Shown in pieces: positions 47,695 through 56,911 of a DNA stretch of 64,000 nt. The notes beneath the pieces were generated by a model. It was not told the origin of the DNA and made no database searches. It saw only the letters and a list, made by a program, of their open reading frames with translations. This stretch comes from an uncultured Candidatus Saccharibacteria bacterium. GTDB lineage: Bacteria; Patescibacteriota; Minisyncoccia; UBA6257; 2-01-FULL-56-20. The stretch lies in assembly GCA_965231155.1 (NCBI GenBank), contig OZ246418.1, positions 368,751 to 432,750 of the forward strand, written 5' to 3'. Both the position numbers and the translations under genes were made by a program. Numbering within the stretch: the stretch's first letter is position 1; every line of letters begins with the position of its first letter.

Positions 47695-49800
47695 ATGAAA
47701 GAATCTGTGTCACACACTGCTGTGTCTGAACTGAAATCATTATTGTCTAAAGACTCGGGTCAGATTAAGGTAGTTTCTTTCGACGTGTTTGATACCTTGT
47801 TGGTCAGGCCATTTTTGAAGCCGACGGATCTTTTTGCGTTTATTTCTCCTCAGGTAGAAGAGATTATTGGTCGATCGATAGATTTTAGGAAGGAGCGCAT
47901 GACTGCTGAATATGAAACGCGTTTGGCCTTGTCTCATCACGAAGACATCACCATTGATGAGATATATGATCATTTTTTAGCTCTGCCACCTCAGCATCGA
48001 GAAACAATAAAAAAATTAGAGGTAGAAACCGAACGACGATTAATCTATGCCAAGAAAAGTGGGCGAGAGCTTTTTGAGATAGCGAAGGCTTCTGGGAAAA
48101 CTCTTGTTGCAGTTTCTGACATGTATCTTTCAAGAGTATTCATAGAAGAGCTTTTGCTTCGTGAGGGATACAGTTTCGATCGAGTATATGTTTCCTCTGA
48201 GCACCGGAAGGTGAAGGTCAGTGGCAGTATGTTTAACTGGGTAATGGAAGATCTCGGGGTAGCTCCTCATGAGATAGTTCACATTGGCGACAATCCCGTA
48301 TATGACGGTTCGGCAGTTGCGCGCCTGGGGATTAATACAATTTTAGTTGGTTTGAACCGAGAGACGATGATGTCGGGTTGGCCTCATAATCTTTTGTGGA
48401 GAAGGGGTTCTTCGGATTCTTCGGTGAGTGCAGTTTTGGGAGTTATCGCGAATCAACTTTTTGATAAAGATGCATCTGATTTTTCTTACGACAAGGATTC
48501 TATTTTTAATGGAAGTTCCTACAACGTTGGTTACTACTGGCTTGGACCAGTTCTTGCTGCTTTTTCTTTGGAGTTGATTCGCAATGCTAAAGATAGGAAT
48601 TGTCTGTACTTTTTGTCTCGCGATGGTTGGATCATGAAGCAGGTCTACGATATCATTGCTCCCTATTTTAATTCCTCGCCACAGTCCAAATATCTATATC
48701 TTTCTCGGAAGTCGACGGCCTTGGCACCAATTCGTTCTTTGGATGGTATGCGAGAAAAATTTGGCATTGTTTGGTTTGAGACAACTGTAGGAGAGTGGAT
48801 TAAAGATCGTGTTGGAATTGAGATCGAGCCGGGGGATGATGAGCTCGTTCGTAGATTTGGATTTGGAGATGGCTTGAAGAGTAAAATCAATCTTAAGAAT
48901 TGTTATAAATTCCAGGGAGTGCTTCTTGCGATCTCTCCGCGAGTGCTCGCTAAGGCGAAGAAACAGAGGAGTCTCCTTTTTGAATATCTCAGTCAGGAGG
49001 GAGTTGCTCGTCCGCATGGAGAAGAAGGAGACACCAACGAGAAGCTTGGTTTCGTAGACATTGGCTATCACGGGCAGACACCAAGAAATATTTTTCAGCT
49101 CACGGGGAATTATAATATTAATCTTTACTTCCTTGTCGCGGGTAAGGATATCTTTAGTCTGGTGGATGAGTTTGGAACGAGAGTGTACGGTTCTTATGGA
49201 GAGATGCGTCGAGGGACAAAGATATTGGATAGGAAATGGAAGAGCTTCTTCAGACATCACAAAATTTTCGAAACTTTTTTTATTACCACAGAAGGCAGTG
49301 TGACCGGATATTCTAGGGATAAGGATAATAAGGTAGTCCCTCAGTTCTATGAGATGAAATTTGGGAGGGAGCAGGAGATTGCAAAAAATGCTCATCAGGG
49401 GGCAGTAGATTTCGTTCGTGATTTTGCTAGTACCTTTGGTGGTCAGCTACAACATCTTAATCCTTCGGTCGACGTTCTCATGGAACCAATTTTGCTTTTT
49501 GCGAATTACACCTCGTCTCGTGATCTAGATATTCTTAGGGGTGCTTTTTTTGAGGATTATTTTTCTGGATTAGCACTTCAGGATGTGGAGTGGCCAGCTG
49601 GTAAATTAGCAAGGCGTTATCCTCGTCTTGCATCCCTGAGGAACTCTGTGTATTTTGAGATGAGGCGATTGTATGATATCCCTTCCATCGGTCGTTTCTA
49701 TGATAAGGGGTACGGCATAGCTTTGAAGATTTATCGTCGAGTTCGGAGAATATTTCGCTCATTTTTTATATTTAGAGAATTTTTTCCTAGGATATTTTAA
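47695..49800 (+). CDS. HAD phosphatase plus PRT-like domain protein, probable dual-domain ribofuranosyltransferase
   Basis: SFDVFDTLL, VSDMYL, HIGDN..D (HAD); FLSRDG and VDIGYHG (PRPP-loop-like). Confidence 0.7.
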   Translation: MKESVSHTAVSELKSLLSKDSGQIKVVSFDVFDTLLVRPFLKPTDLFAFISPQVEEIIGRSIDFRKERMTAEYETRLALSHHEDITIDEIYDHFLALPPQHRETIKKLEVETERRLIYAKKSGRELFEIAKASGKTLVAVSDMYLSRVFIEELLLREGYSFDRVYVSSEHRKVKVSGSMFNWVMEDLGVAPHEIVHIGDNPVYDGSAVARLGINTILVGLNRETMMSGWPHNLLWRRGSSDSSVSAVLGVIANQLFDKDASDFSYDKDSIFNGSSYNVGYYWLGPVLAAFSLELIRNAKDRNCLYFLSRDGWIMKQVYDIIAPYFNSSPQSKYLYLSRKSTALAPIRSLDGMREKFGIVWFETTVGEWIKDRVGIEIEPGDDELVRRFGFGDGLKSKINLKNCYKFQGVLLAISPRVLAKAKKQRSLLFEYLSQEGVARPHGEEGDTNEKLGFVDIGYHGQTPRNIFQLTGNYNINLYFLVAGKDIFSLVDEFGTRVYGSYGEMRRGTKILDRKWKSFFRHHKIFETFFITTEGSVTGYSRDKDNKVVPQFYEMKFGREQEIAKNAHQGAVDFVRDFASTFGGQLQHLNPSVDVLMEPILLFANYTSSRDLDILRGAFFEDYFSGLALQDVEWPAGKLARRYPRLASLRNSVYFEMRRLYDIPSIGRFYDKGYGIALKIYRRVRRIFRSFFIFREFFPRIF

Positions 49801-49809
49801 CTTCTATAT

Positions 49810-50592
49810 ATGCATTCTTCCATAATCAATCTTTCGGCTATTATTGTCTGTACAAATGAAAAGAAGTTTTTGGAAGCTGCGCTTTCTTCTTTGTCGAAAT
49901 CGTTAGGTGGTTTCGACTCTGAAATCATTGTCGTGGACAATAATTCCTCTGATGGGAGTCGAGAGTTTATTAAAGAGAAATTTCCTGATGTTGTATTAAT
50001 CCACAATCGGGAAAATAGAGGAGCAGCGTATGCGCGAAATCGAGGGATCGAAAAAGCCCGGGGGCGGTATTTTCTTTTTCTCGATTGTGATACGGAAAGC
50101 GTGAAAGTTGTTCCGACCCTTCTTCTTTCTTATTTGGAAGAGCATCCTGAAATTGGCGTTCTAGCCCCTCGGTTGGTTTATCCAGATCGGAGTTTACAGT
50201 ATTCCTGTCGGCCATTTCCTAACTTAGCTACATTTTTTTTGCGAGTTTTAGACGGTGATTTGAAACTACTGTGGCGTAGAGAAAATTTTGTAACAGATTG
50301 GGATCATAGTTCTTTAAGAGAAGTTGATTGGACGATGTCGGCAGCGTGGTTGATGCCACGAACGACGATTGAGAAAGTTGGGCTGTTCGATGAGGGTTAT
50401 TTTTATAATTACGAAGATGTAGATTTTTGTTGGCGAGTAAAGAAAGCGGGACTTAAAGTCGTCTATTATCCAGAAGCTGAAGTTGTCCATCATTACCAGC
50501 GGTTGAGTGCTAAGGGTGGTTTCAGAAATCCGTTGAAGTGGTCGCATCTGAAGAGTGCCTTGCGATTCTTCTACAAAAAAGCATGGTCATAA
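49810..50592 (+). CDS. Glycosyltransferase family 2 (WbbL/rhamnosyltransferase-like)
   Basis: VVDNNSSDGS, EVDW, GLFDEGYF..EDVDFCWR, YYPEAEVVH. Confidence 0.88.
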   Translation: MHSSIINLSAIIVCTNEKKFLEAALSSLSKSLGGFDSEIIVVDNNSSDGSREFIKEKFPDVVLIHNRENRGAAYARNRGIEKARGRYFLFLDCDTESVKVVPTLLLSYLEEHPEIGVLAPRLVYPDRSLQYSCRPFPNLATFFLRVLDGDLKLLWRRENFVTDWDHSSLREVDWTMSAAWLMPRTTIEKVGLFDEGYFYNYEDVDFCWRVKKAGLKVVYYPEAEVVHHYQRLSAKGGFRNPLKWSHLKSALRFFYKKAWS

Positions 50593-51677
50593 CCAAAGAT
50601 AGATTGCGTCAGATTTTTTTTCTTTTCGGGGATATTTTCAGTTTAGTCTTTGGATTTTTATTGGTTTTTGCGCTTAGAAGAAGAACGCCTTTTTTTCCAC
50701 CGCTCCAGGAGTTTTCTTTTTATAGCTCTTTCTTGTGGGTATATGTTTTTTCTTTTGTAGGACTTTTTTTTGCCTTCCGTTTTTACGAGAAAGAACGTCC
50801 ACAGTTTTCTTTGTCTTACCTCGCAGACTATGTTCGTGCCTTGCTATGTTGGGGATTTATTATGATCGGTTTTGCATTCCTCGCTCAGGCGAACTACTCT
50901 CGAGTGCTTTTGTTGTATGCGCTTATTCCAGGTTTCATTTTTCCTTTTCTGATTCGTTTAATAGTTGTTCGCGTGTTTCCTCAGACGAAGGTTTTTTCAG
51001 AAGAAGAGGAGATTGCAAAGAGAGCTCGTGAACTCATTGAGTTTCATCAGATCTCAACTCGAGAACTGGATGTTCTGGAGGGACTCAAAGAAGAACGGAC
51101 CGATTCTTATTTTTATCTCTTTGCCAAACGTTCTCTTGATATCGCCCTCTCCGTTTTTGGACTTTTATTTTGCATTCCCTTTATTCCCTTTGTGGCTCTT
51201 TGGATAAAGCGTGATAGTCGTGGGCCGATACTCATTACCCAGGAGCGTGTTGGTCGAGGGGGGGAGATTTTCTTATTGTATAAATTAAGAACTATGATTT
51301 TCGACACGCCCTTATATGCAGCAGCGCCTCGCGAAAGAAGTGATGAACGAATAACTTCAGCTGGTCGTTTTCTGAGGAGCTATAGTCTTGATGAGTTACC
51401 GCAACTGTGGAATGTCTTGAAGGGAGAAATGAGCCTAGTCGGTCCTCGACCAGAAATGCCATTTTTAGTGGCTCGACATAATGATTGGCAAAAACGACGC
51501 TTGCTGGTGAAGCCGGGAATTACCGGGCTTTGGCAAGTTCTTGGTCGGAAAGATTTACCGCTTTCTGAGAATCTGGAGTATGATTTTTATTATATTAATC
51601 ATCGCTCTTTCCTTTTGGATGTCGTTATTCTGCTAAGAACAGTGCCTGCGATCGTTTTGAAAAGGGGAGCATATTAG
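50583..51677 (+). CDS. Initiating polyprenyl-phosphate sugar phosphotransferase (WcaJ/WbaP family)
   Basis: KRSLDI, KLRTM, SLDELPQLWNVLKGEMSLVGPRPE, KPGITGLWQV. Confidence 0.92.
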   Translation: MVITKDRLRQIFFLFGDIFSLVFGFLLVFALRRRTPFFPPLQEFSFYSSFLWVYVFSFVGLFFAFRFYEKERPQFSLSYLADYVRALLCWGFIMIGFAFLAQANYSRVLLLYALIPGFIFPFLIRLIVVRVFPQTKVFSEEEEIAKRARELIEFHQISTRELDVLEGLKEERTDSYFYLFAKRSLDIALSVFGLLFCIPFIPFVALWIKRDSRGPILITQERVGRGGEIFLLYKLRTMIFDTPLYAAAPRERSDERITSAGRFLRSYSLDELPQLWNVLKGEMSLVGPRPEMPFLVARHNDWQKRRLLVKPGITGLWQVLGRKDLPLSENLEYDFYYINHRSFLLDVVILLRTVPAIVLKRGAY

Positions 51678-51680
51678 AAA

Positions 51681-53711
51681 ATGCAGACTTACAATTCTTC
51701 TCTCTCGTGGTCGCGTGTTCGTCTGGCCTTTTTTGCATTGGTGATGGTAGTACTTCTCCCAGCAGTTTTTAGTGGCGGTCTTGATGATTTTGGTCGAGGG
51801 CTCTTTTTTGTACTTGCGGCGCTTTTTATTGTGCTCCAGCACTCATATTGTCCGAGAGACAAACAGATTCGTATCTTTTCCTACTTATCTATACTTTTTC
51901 TAGGATTAATTTTTTGCTCAGCATTTGTTTCCTTCGACTATCACAAAACGGTCAACGATTTTTTTGTGCTTATGGCGGCAGTGCTTGTCGGCTTCAAGAG
52001 CTTCTTTCTTTTCAAGGATGTCGGATTAGAAGATAAATTTTTCAGATGGCTTCTCGGGGGAACCGTTCTCTTCTCTCTCTATGGACTCTATATTTTTATA
52101 GGTGCCGATCCCTTATTTCGTCTTGGTTCAGTTTTCTACCAGCAAAATGCTTTTGCGGGGTTTATGTTGCCTTCTCTATTCTTCGTTTTCGGATCCCTTT
52201 TTATCACTCGGTCGAAATGGAGGTTTATTTTGTTTGGATCGATTGGTGTTTTATTAATCACAGTTTTCATCCTGACTTTTGCCCGAGGGGCTGCACTGGC
52301 GTTTTTGGGAAGTTTTGTGGTGACGGCGATGCTCTTACGGTGGTCTTTGCGTGAGTGGGTAAAAAATATTGGAATTACATCTCTCATACTTTTTCTCGGT
52401 GGCATCTTGGCGTTTACTGTTTTTAGCGCAAAGAATCAGAGGTTCGCTCAGACAGTTCACATTGCACCAAATTCTCCGGTCCAGTTCTTTGAGTACGAAA
52501 CGCCTCAGGAGAATGGCTTGATGGCTCGTTTTGCATTCCTGAAGGAAACTCAAAGAATCTTTTTCTTATATCCTTTGACTGGTGTCGGGTGGGGTGCTTT
52601 TGGAGATGCGTTTTTTATGCACCGAGAAGGACTTCGCAACTATACTGCCGATCCGCATAATCTCATTGCTCGAAGTTTTGTTGAGCTTGGTGTGATTGGT
52701 GGACTGATATTTCTTGTTCTTGTTGGCAATCTTTTCTACTTCGTGTGGCTGGTGGCGAGAAGGGATTATAAGGATAGGACGGAAAGGACTTTTTCGTTTG
52801 TTGTTATCGGAAGCTTTCTGGCTTTTTTCTTTCAGAATATGGTAAACGCCGACTGGCTTTTTCCGTCCGATGTTGTTCTTTTTTGGGTGATTGTGGCCCT
52901 ACTTGTAAGACGAGTTTACGAGAGAGAGACATCGGTTATTCACTCAGTTCGTTGGTTGAATAATTTGATTATTCTATTTGGTATTGGTTTGGCAGTAGTT
53001 GGTGGTACGCAAGTTCTTGCCAGAAGTTATTTCAATCAAGCTCACGAGCTCGTGTCTTTAGGGCGAAGCAGTGAGGCTTTTGACAGTTATCGATGGGCCG
53101 TGCGTCTTGATCCATGGGAACCTCTTTATAAACGCGACCTTGCGATGGTGCATATTGAGTCAATGAAGCGAACAAGAGATAAGAGCTTGGCGATCTTTCA
53201 TCAAGAACAGGCATTAGACGAGATCAATCAAGGATTAGCTATTCGTCCTTTTGATCCATATTTCTTCTTCCTGCGTGGGCAAGTGTATTTTTATCAAGGC
53301 GATACAGAGAGAGCGAAGACTGCCTTCCAAACAGCTCTACGATATGATCGTTTTACTTTGTTTGGTGCGTATCGCGAACTGGTTAATCTTTATTTTCAGC
53401 AAGAAGATTATCAGGCAGTTGTCGAACTTCTTCAGCCTATTGTGCGAGTGTATTCCGAAGAGGTTTTTGCTTCGGTCGCCTGGATCAATCCCCACAAAGA
53501 TCAATCAAGGAAAGAGGTCGCAGATCTGTGGTTGCGTCTAGGTTTGGCTCACCTCGGTCTTCGAGACTCTACCGCTGCCAGAACAGCTTTTGAGACGGCT
53601 CAACGGTTCGACCCAGAGAATGCGCAGGTGAAGAGGGCGGGGGATTGTTTTCAGCTCCAGCCTCGTTCCTTGGATGCTTTTAGGAGTTGTTTCTATTCTT
53701 CAGCTTACTAG
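51681..53711 (+). CDS. O-antigen ligase / O-oligosaccharyltransferase family protein with TPRs
   Basis: RLGSVFYQQNAFAG, TFARGA, GVGWGAF, DPHN, TPR-like C-terminus. Confidence 0.85.
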   Translation: MQTYNSSLSWSRVRLAFFALVMVVLLPAVFSGGLDDFGRGLFFVLAALFIVLQHSYCPRDKQIRIFSYLSILFLGLIFCSAFVSFDYHKTVNDFFVLMAAVLVGFKSFFLFKDVGLEDKFFRWLLGGTVLFSLYGLYIFIGADPLFRLGSVFYQQNAFAGFMLPSLFFVFGSLFITRSKWRFILFGSIGVLLITVFILTFARGAALAFLGSFVVTAMLLRWSLREWVKNIGITSLILFLGGILAFTVFSAKNQRFAQTVHIAPNSPVQFFEYETPQENGLMARFAFLKETQRIFFLYPLTGVGWGAFGDAFFMHREGLRNYTADPHNLIARSFVELGVIGGLIFLVLVGNLFYFVWLVARRDYKDRTERTFSFVVIGSFLAFFFQNMVNADWLFPSDVVLFWVIVALLVRRVYERETSVIHSVRWLNNLIILFGIGLAVVGGTQVLARSYFNQAHELVSLGRSSEAFDSYRWAVRLDPWEPLYKRDLAMVHIESMKRTRDKSLAIFHQEQALDEINQGLAIRPFDPYFFFLRGQVYFYQGDTERAKTAFQTALRYDRFTLFGAYRELVNLYFQQEDYQAVVELLQPIVRVYSEEVFASVAWINPHKDQSRKEVADLWLRLGLAHLGLRDSTAARTAFETAQRFDPENAQVKRAGDCFQLQPRSLDAFRSCFYSSAY

Positions 53712-53775
53712 GCGGTCGAGTGAGGGGGTTGTTTTTATCTGGCTCTTCGGCCAGAATTTTGCTACCATCATTTTT

Positions 53776-54942
53776 ATGGATTCCATCTATAACTCCCCAG
53801 ATTTAGAGCCGAAGGAGTATCCTATTTCTCTTGAGAACGAGAAGGCGGTCTTACTTTCTTTGGCTGCTCGGAAGGATTTTGAGGCAGAGCGAATGAAGCG
53901 CTATCTTGGCATGCCTGATCTTTCTCGTACCGAAGGTAGTCCTCTTCATGAGATTGTAGCTCAGGCAAGGAGTGTGCCCGCGTTGAAAAATTTCGATAAT
54001 ATTATTATCCCGGAGATTGTGCCAGCTGATATCAGTTTTGATCTTTTTGATTTTGCCCCAGATCATCCAGCGCGAAGCACCTCTGATACCTACTACGCAG
54101 ATCCAAAGAATATTTTGCGTACTCATGACACGGTTATGTGGTACTACTATTTGAATCTTCCTGAGATAAAGAAAAAGATTGCAGAGAAAAAATCATTGGG
54201 AGTGACCTGCTATGGAAAGGTATTCCGGAAAGACGAGATTGATCGTCGGCACATGAATATTTTCCACCAGTTCGGTGGTCTGTATCTGACTCCAGATACG
54301 ACTGCGATGATTGAGATTGATGAGTTGAGGAATGTACTGACCCAAATTGTGAGGGGGCTTTTTGGTGAGAATATTCAGTATCGATTCCTCGATGACACGT
54401 TCCCATACACTGATCCTTCTCTTCAGGTAGAAATATTTGTAAACGATCAGTGGGTGGAAATCTTGGGTGGGGGAATGCCCAAGAAGAGCGTTTTAAAGAA
54501 GTTCGGAGTGGAGGGCTATAATGGGTGGGCGTTTGGCTTTGGTCTTGAGCGACTGGCAATTATTAGCATGGAACTGCCAGATATTCGATTGTTGTGGTCA
54601 GATGATCCACGAGTGACTAAGCAACTGAAGATGGGACAGAAGTTTCAGGAGGTGAGTAAATACCCACCAGCACCTCGTGATATTTCTTTTATCGTACCCA
54701 AGACATTTTCTCCAAATGATTATTTTGATTTAGTTCGTGATGTGGCCGGCGACCTTGTGGAGCAGGTAGAACTTTTGGACAGTTATGAGAATGATGCCAA
54801 GTTCGGTGCTGAGAGAAAGAGCTATACCTATCGGGTTATTTATCGGAGTAGCGAGCGGACATTGACCAGCGAAGAAGTTGATGCCATGCATAAAACACTT
54901 GAGCAAAAATCGAGAGAGCAGTTCGGCGCCGAGGTGCGGTGA
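53776..54942 (+). CDS. pheS: Single-chain phenylalanyl-tRNA synthetase (catalytic domain plus FDX anticodon-binding domain)
   Basis: DHPARSTSDTYY, LRTH, FRKDEID..H..FHQ, FPYTDPS, GWAFGFGLERLA, then SKYP..RDISF..SYTYRVIYRS.ERTLT. Confidence 0.9.
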   Translation: MDSIYNSPDLEPKEYPISLENEKAVLLSLAARKDFEAERMKRYLGMPDLSRTEGSPLHEIVAQARSVPALKNFDNIIIPEIVPADISFDLFDFAPDHPARSTSDTYYADPKNILRTHDTVMWYYYLNLPEIKKKIAEKKSLGVTCYGKVFRKDEIDRRHMNIFHQFGGLYLTPDTTAMIEIDELRNVLTQIVRGLFGENIQYRFLDDTFPYTDPSLQVEIFVNDQWVEILGGGMPKKSVLKKFGVEGYNGWAFGFGLERLAIISMELPDIRLLWSDDPRVTKQLKMGQKFQEVSKYPPAPRDISFIVPKTFSPNDYFDLVRDVAGDLVEQVELLDSYENDAKFGAERKSYTYRVIYRSSERTLTSEEVDAMHKTLEQKSREQFGAEVR

Positions 54943-54949
54943 TGCTACT

Positions 54950-56467
54950 ATGGCAAAAAAATCATTATCGTTCTTATCTTTTAGCTCGATCCCAGAACAG
55001 GTTCAGCAAGTAGCTGGCGAGTTGGTGGCTCATGGTCATCAGGCCTATTTAGTTGGTGGATGCGTTCGTGACCTTATTCTTTCTCGAGAACCCAAGGACT
55101 GGGACATTGCCACCGAGGCGACGCCTGAGCAGATTCAGAAGATCTTTCCAGAGAGTGTCTATGAGAATCAGTTTGGAACCGTTGGCGTAAAGACTGAAGC
55201 AGTTGATTCTCGATTGAAAATTATCGAGGTGACGACATTTCGGAAGGAGGGAAAATATACCGATAAACGTCATCCAGACGAGGTGAGTTTCTCAAAGACC
55301 ATCGACGAAGATCTGGCCCGACGAGATTTTACCGTGAATGCGATGGCGTTACGGTACGACGAAGATCTGGCGAGTATAGATAGGGGATCTCTTGTTTCGC
55401 ATCTCGTCGACCCTTTTCATGGTCAGGAAGATTTGGAGGCGCGAGTGATTCGCACTGTGGGAAATCCCGAGGCGCGGTTCGATGAAGATGCGTTGCGATT
55501 AATGCGGGCGGTGCGGTTTGCCACGGAGTTGGATTTCCAGATTGATCTAGAAACTCGGCAGGCAATTGAAAAGAAGGCTGGTCTTTTGGAGATGATCGCT
55601 AAGGAGCGAGTTCGTGATGAGTTTGTAAAGATTATTATGAGCGAGCGAGCAGCGTCAGGCGTGTTGCTTTTGGAGGAGCTCGATTTGTTGCGATATATAC
55701 TTCCTGAACTTCGTGAAGGAATAGGGATGAGTCAGAACCTTCATCATATTTACACGGTGTTTGAACACAATCTTCGGGCCCTTGATTATGCGGTTAGACA
55801 GAATTATTCACTGGAAGTTCGAGTGGCATCCTTGTTGCACGACGTAGGTAAACCGAAGACGAAGAGGGGAGAGGGGAAGAATGCTACTTTCTATAATCAC
55901 GAAGTGGTGGGTGCGAAAATGGCTTTTGGTATTTTAGAGCGACTTCGTTTTGGTAAAGAGTCTATTGAACATATTGCGCATCTCATTCGGTATCATATGT
56001 TCTATTACAACGTCGGTGAGGTGACTGAGGCGGGAGTACGTCGATTTCTGGCGCGCGTTGGACCAGAGAATGTTGATGACTTAATGAAAGTGCGTGAGGC
56101 TGATCGAATTGGTTCAGGCGTGCCGAAGGCGGTGCCATACAAATTGCGCCACTTTCTTTTTATGATCGAGAAGGTAAAACACGATCCAATCTCGCCGAAG
56201 ATGTTAAAGGTGACGGGTAGTGATATCATGTTTCTTCTCAGCATCCCGCCAGGTCCGAAGGTTGGTTTTATTCTTTCTATTTTATTGGAAGAGGTTTTAG
56301 ATAACCCACACTGTAATTTGGTTGAGTATCTGGAAAAACGAGTGCATGAACTTGGGAAGCTTAATGAAAAAGAACTGAAGGCGATGGCCGACCAGGCCAA
56401 GAATCGTAAAGAAGAGTTTGAGACAGGAACCGAAGAAGAGATGAAGAAGAAGTTTTTTGTGAAGTAG
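54950..56467 (+). CDS. cca: CCA-adding tRNA nucleotidyltransferase with HD domain
   Basis: VGGCVRD, DWDIAT, EVTTFR, RRDFTVNAM, EDALRLMRAVRF, LLHDVGKP. Confidence 0.9.
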   Translation: MAKKSLSFLSFSSIPEQVQQVAGELVAHGHQAYLVGGCVRDLILSREPKDWDIATEATPEQIQKIFPESVYENQFGTVGVKTEAVDSRLKIIEVTTFRKEGKYTDKRHPDEVSFSKTIDEDLARRDFTVNAMALRYDEDLASIDRGSLVSHLVDPFHGQEDLEARVIRTVGNPEARFDEDALRLMRAVRFATELDFQIDLETRQAIEKKAGLLEMIAKERVRDEFVKIIMSERAASGVLLLEELDLLRYILPELREGIGMSQNLHHIYTVFEHNLRALDYAVRQNYSLEVRVASLLHDVGKPKTKRGEGKNATFYNHEVVGAKMAFGILERLRFGKESIEHIAHLIRYHMFYYNVGEVTEAGVRRFLARVGPENVDDLMKVREADRIGSGVPKAVPYKLRHFLFMIEKVKHDPISPKMLKVTGSDIMFLLSIPPGPKVGFILSILLEEVLDNPHCNLVEYLEKRVHELGKLNEKELKAMADQAKNRKEEFETGTEEEMKKKFFVK

Positions 56468-56521
56468 TATCGATTAGACTTTTTGTGCTGAAGAGAGTTA
56501 AATGAGTCAGAACGAATTCAA

Positions 56522-56592
56522 CGGGCTGTAGTATACCGGTAGTACGTGCGATTCGGGTTCGTAAAGACCGGGTTCGATTCCCGGCAGCCCGA
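56522..56592 (+). tRNA. tRNA-Pro(CGG)
   Basis: Acceptor cgggctg/cagcccg, anticodon arm tgcga-ttcgggt-tcgta. Confidence 0.92.
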
Positions 56593-56594
56593 CA

Positions 56595-56878
56595 GACTTA
56601 TTCGTGAATTTCAAAGAGTCGAGATAAAATTGCTCCAGCGACAATTTTTCCCTGCCTCTCGACATAAAAATTTTGCTTCGCAAAAACCAATCTTTTTATG
56701 TCTCCGAGAGCCTCTTTGAAATTACGAATTGCGTTAGAGTTTCACTTAATGTAGCCGGGAATCGAATAGTGGAAGGGGTCGGGAAACCACGATTGGTTTC
56801 CCGTGTCGGAGATTATTCAGAACCGAGGGTTCTGAAAAGCGAACAAAGTGAGCGTGTGAGCTTACCGGCAGCCCGACA
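56595..56878 (+). repeat. Structured tRNA-associated element ending in a duplicate of the tRNA-Pro 3' end
   Basis: ccggcagcccgaca at 56581-56594 and 56865-56878; antisense T-arm gccgggaatcgaa at 56754-56766; multiple inverted repeats. Confidence 0.85.
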
Positions 56879-56911
56879 ATGTTTTATTTCGTGAAATGGT
56901 ATAATAGAAAA

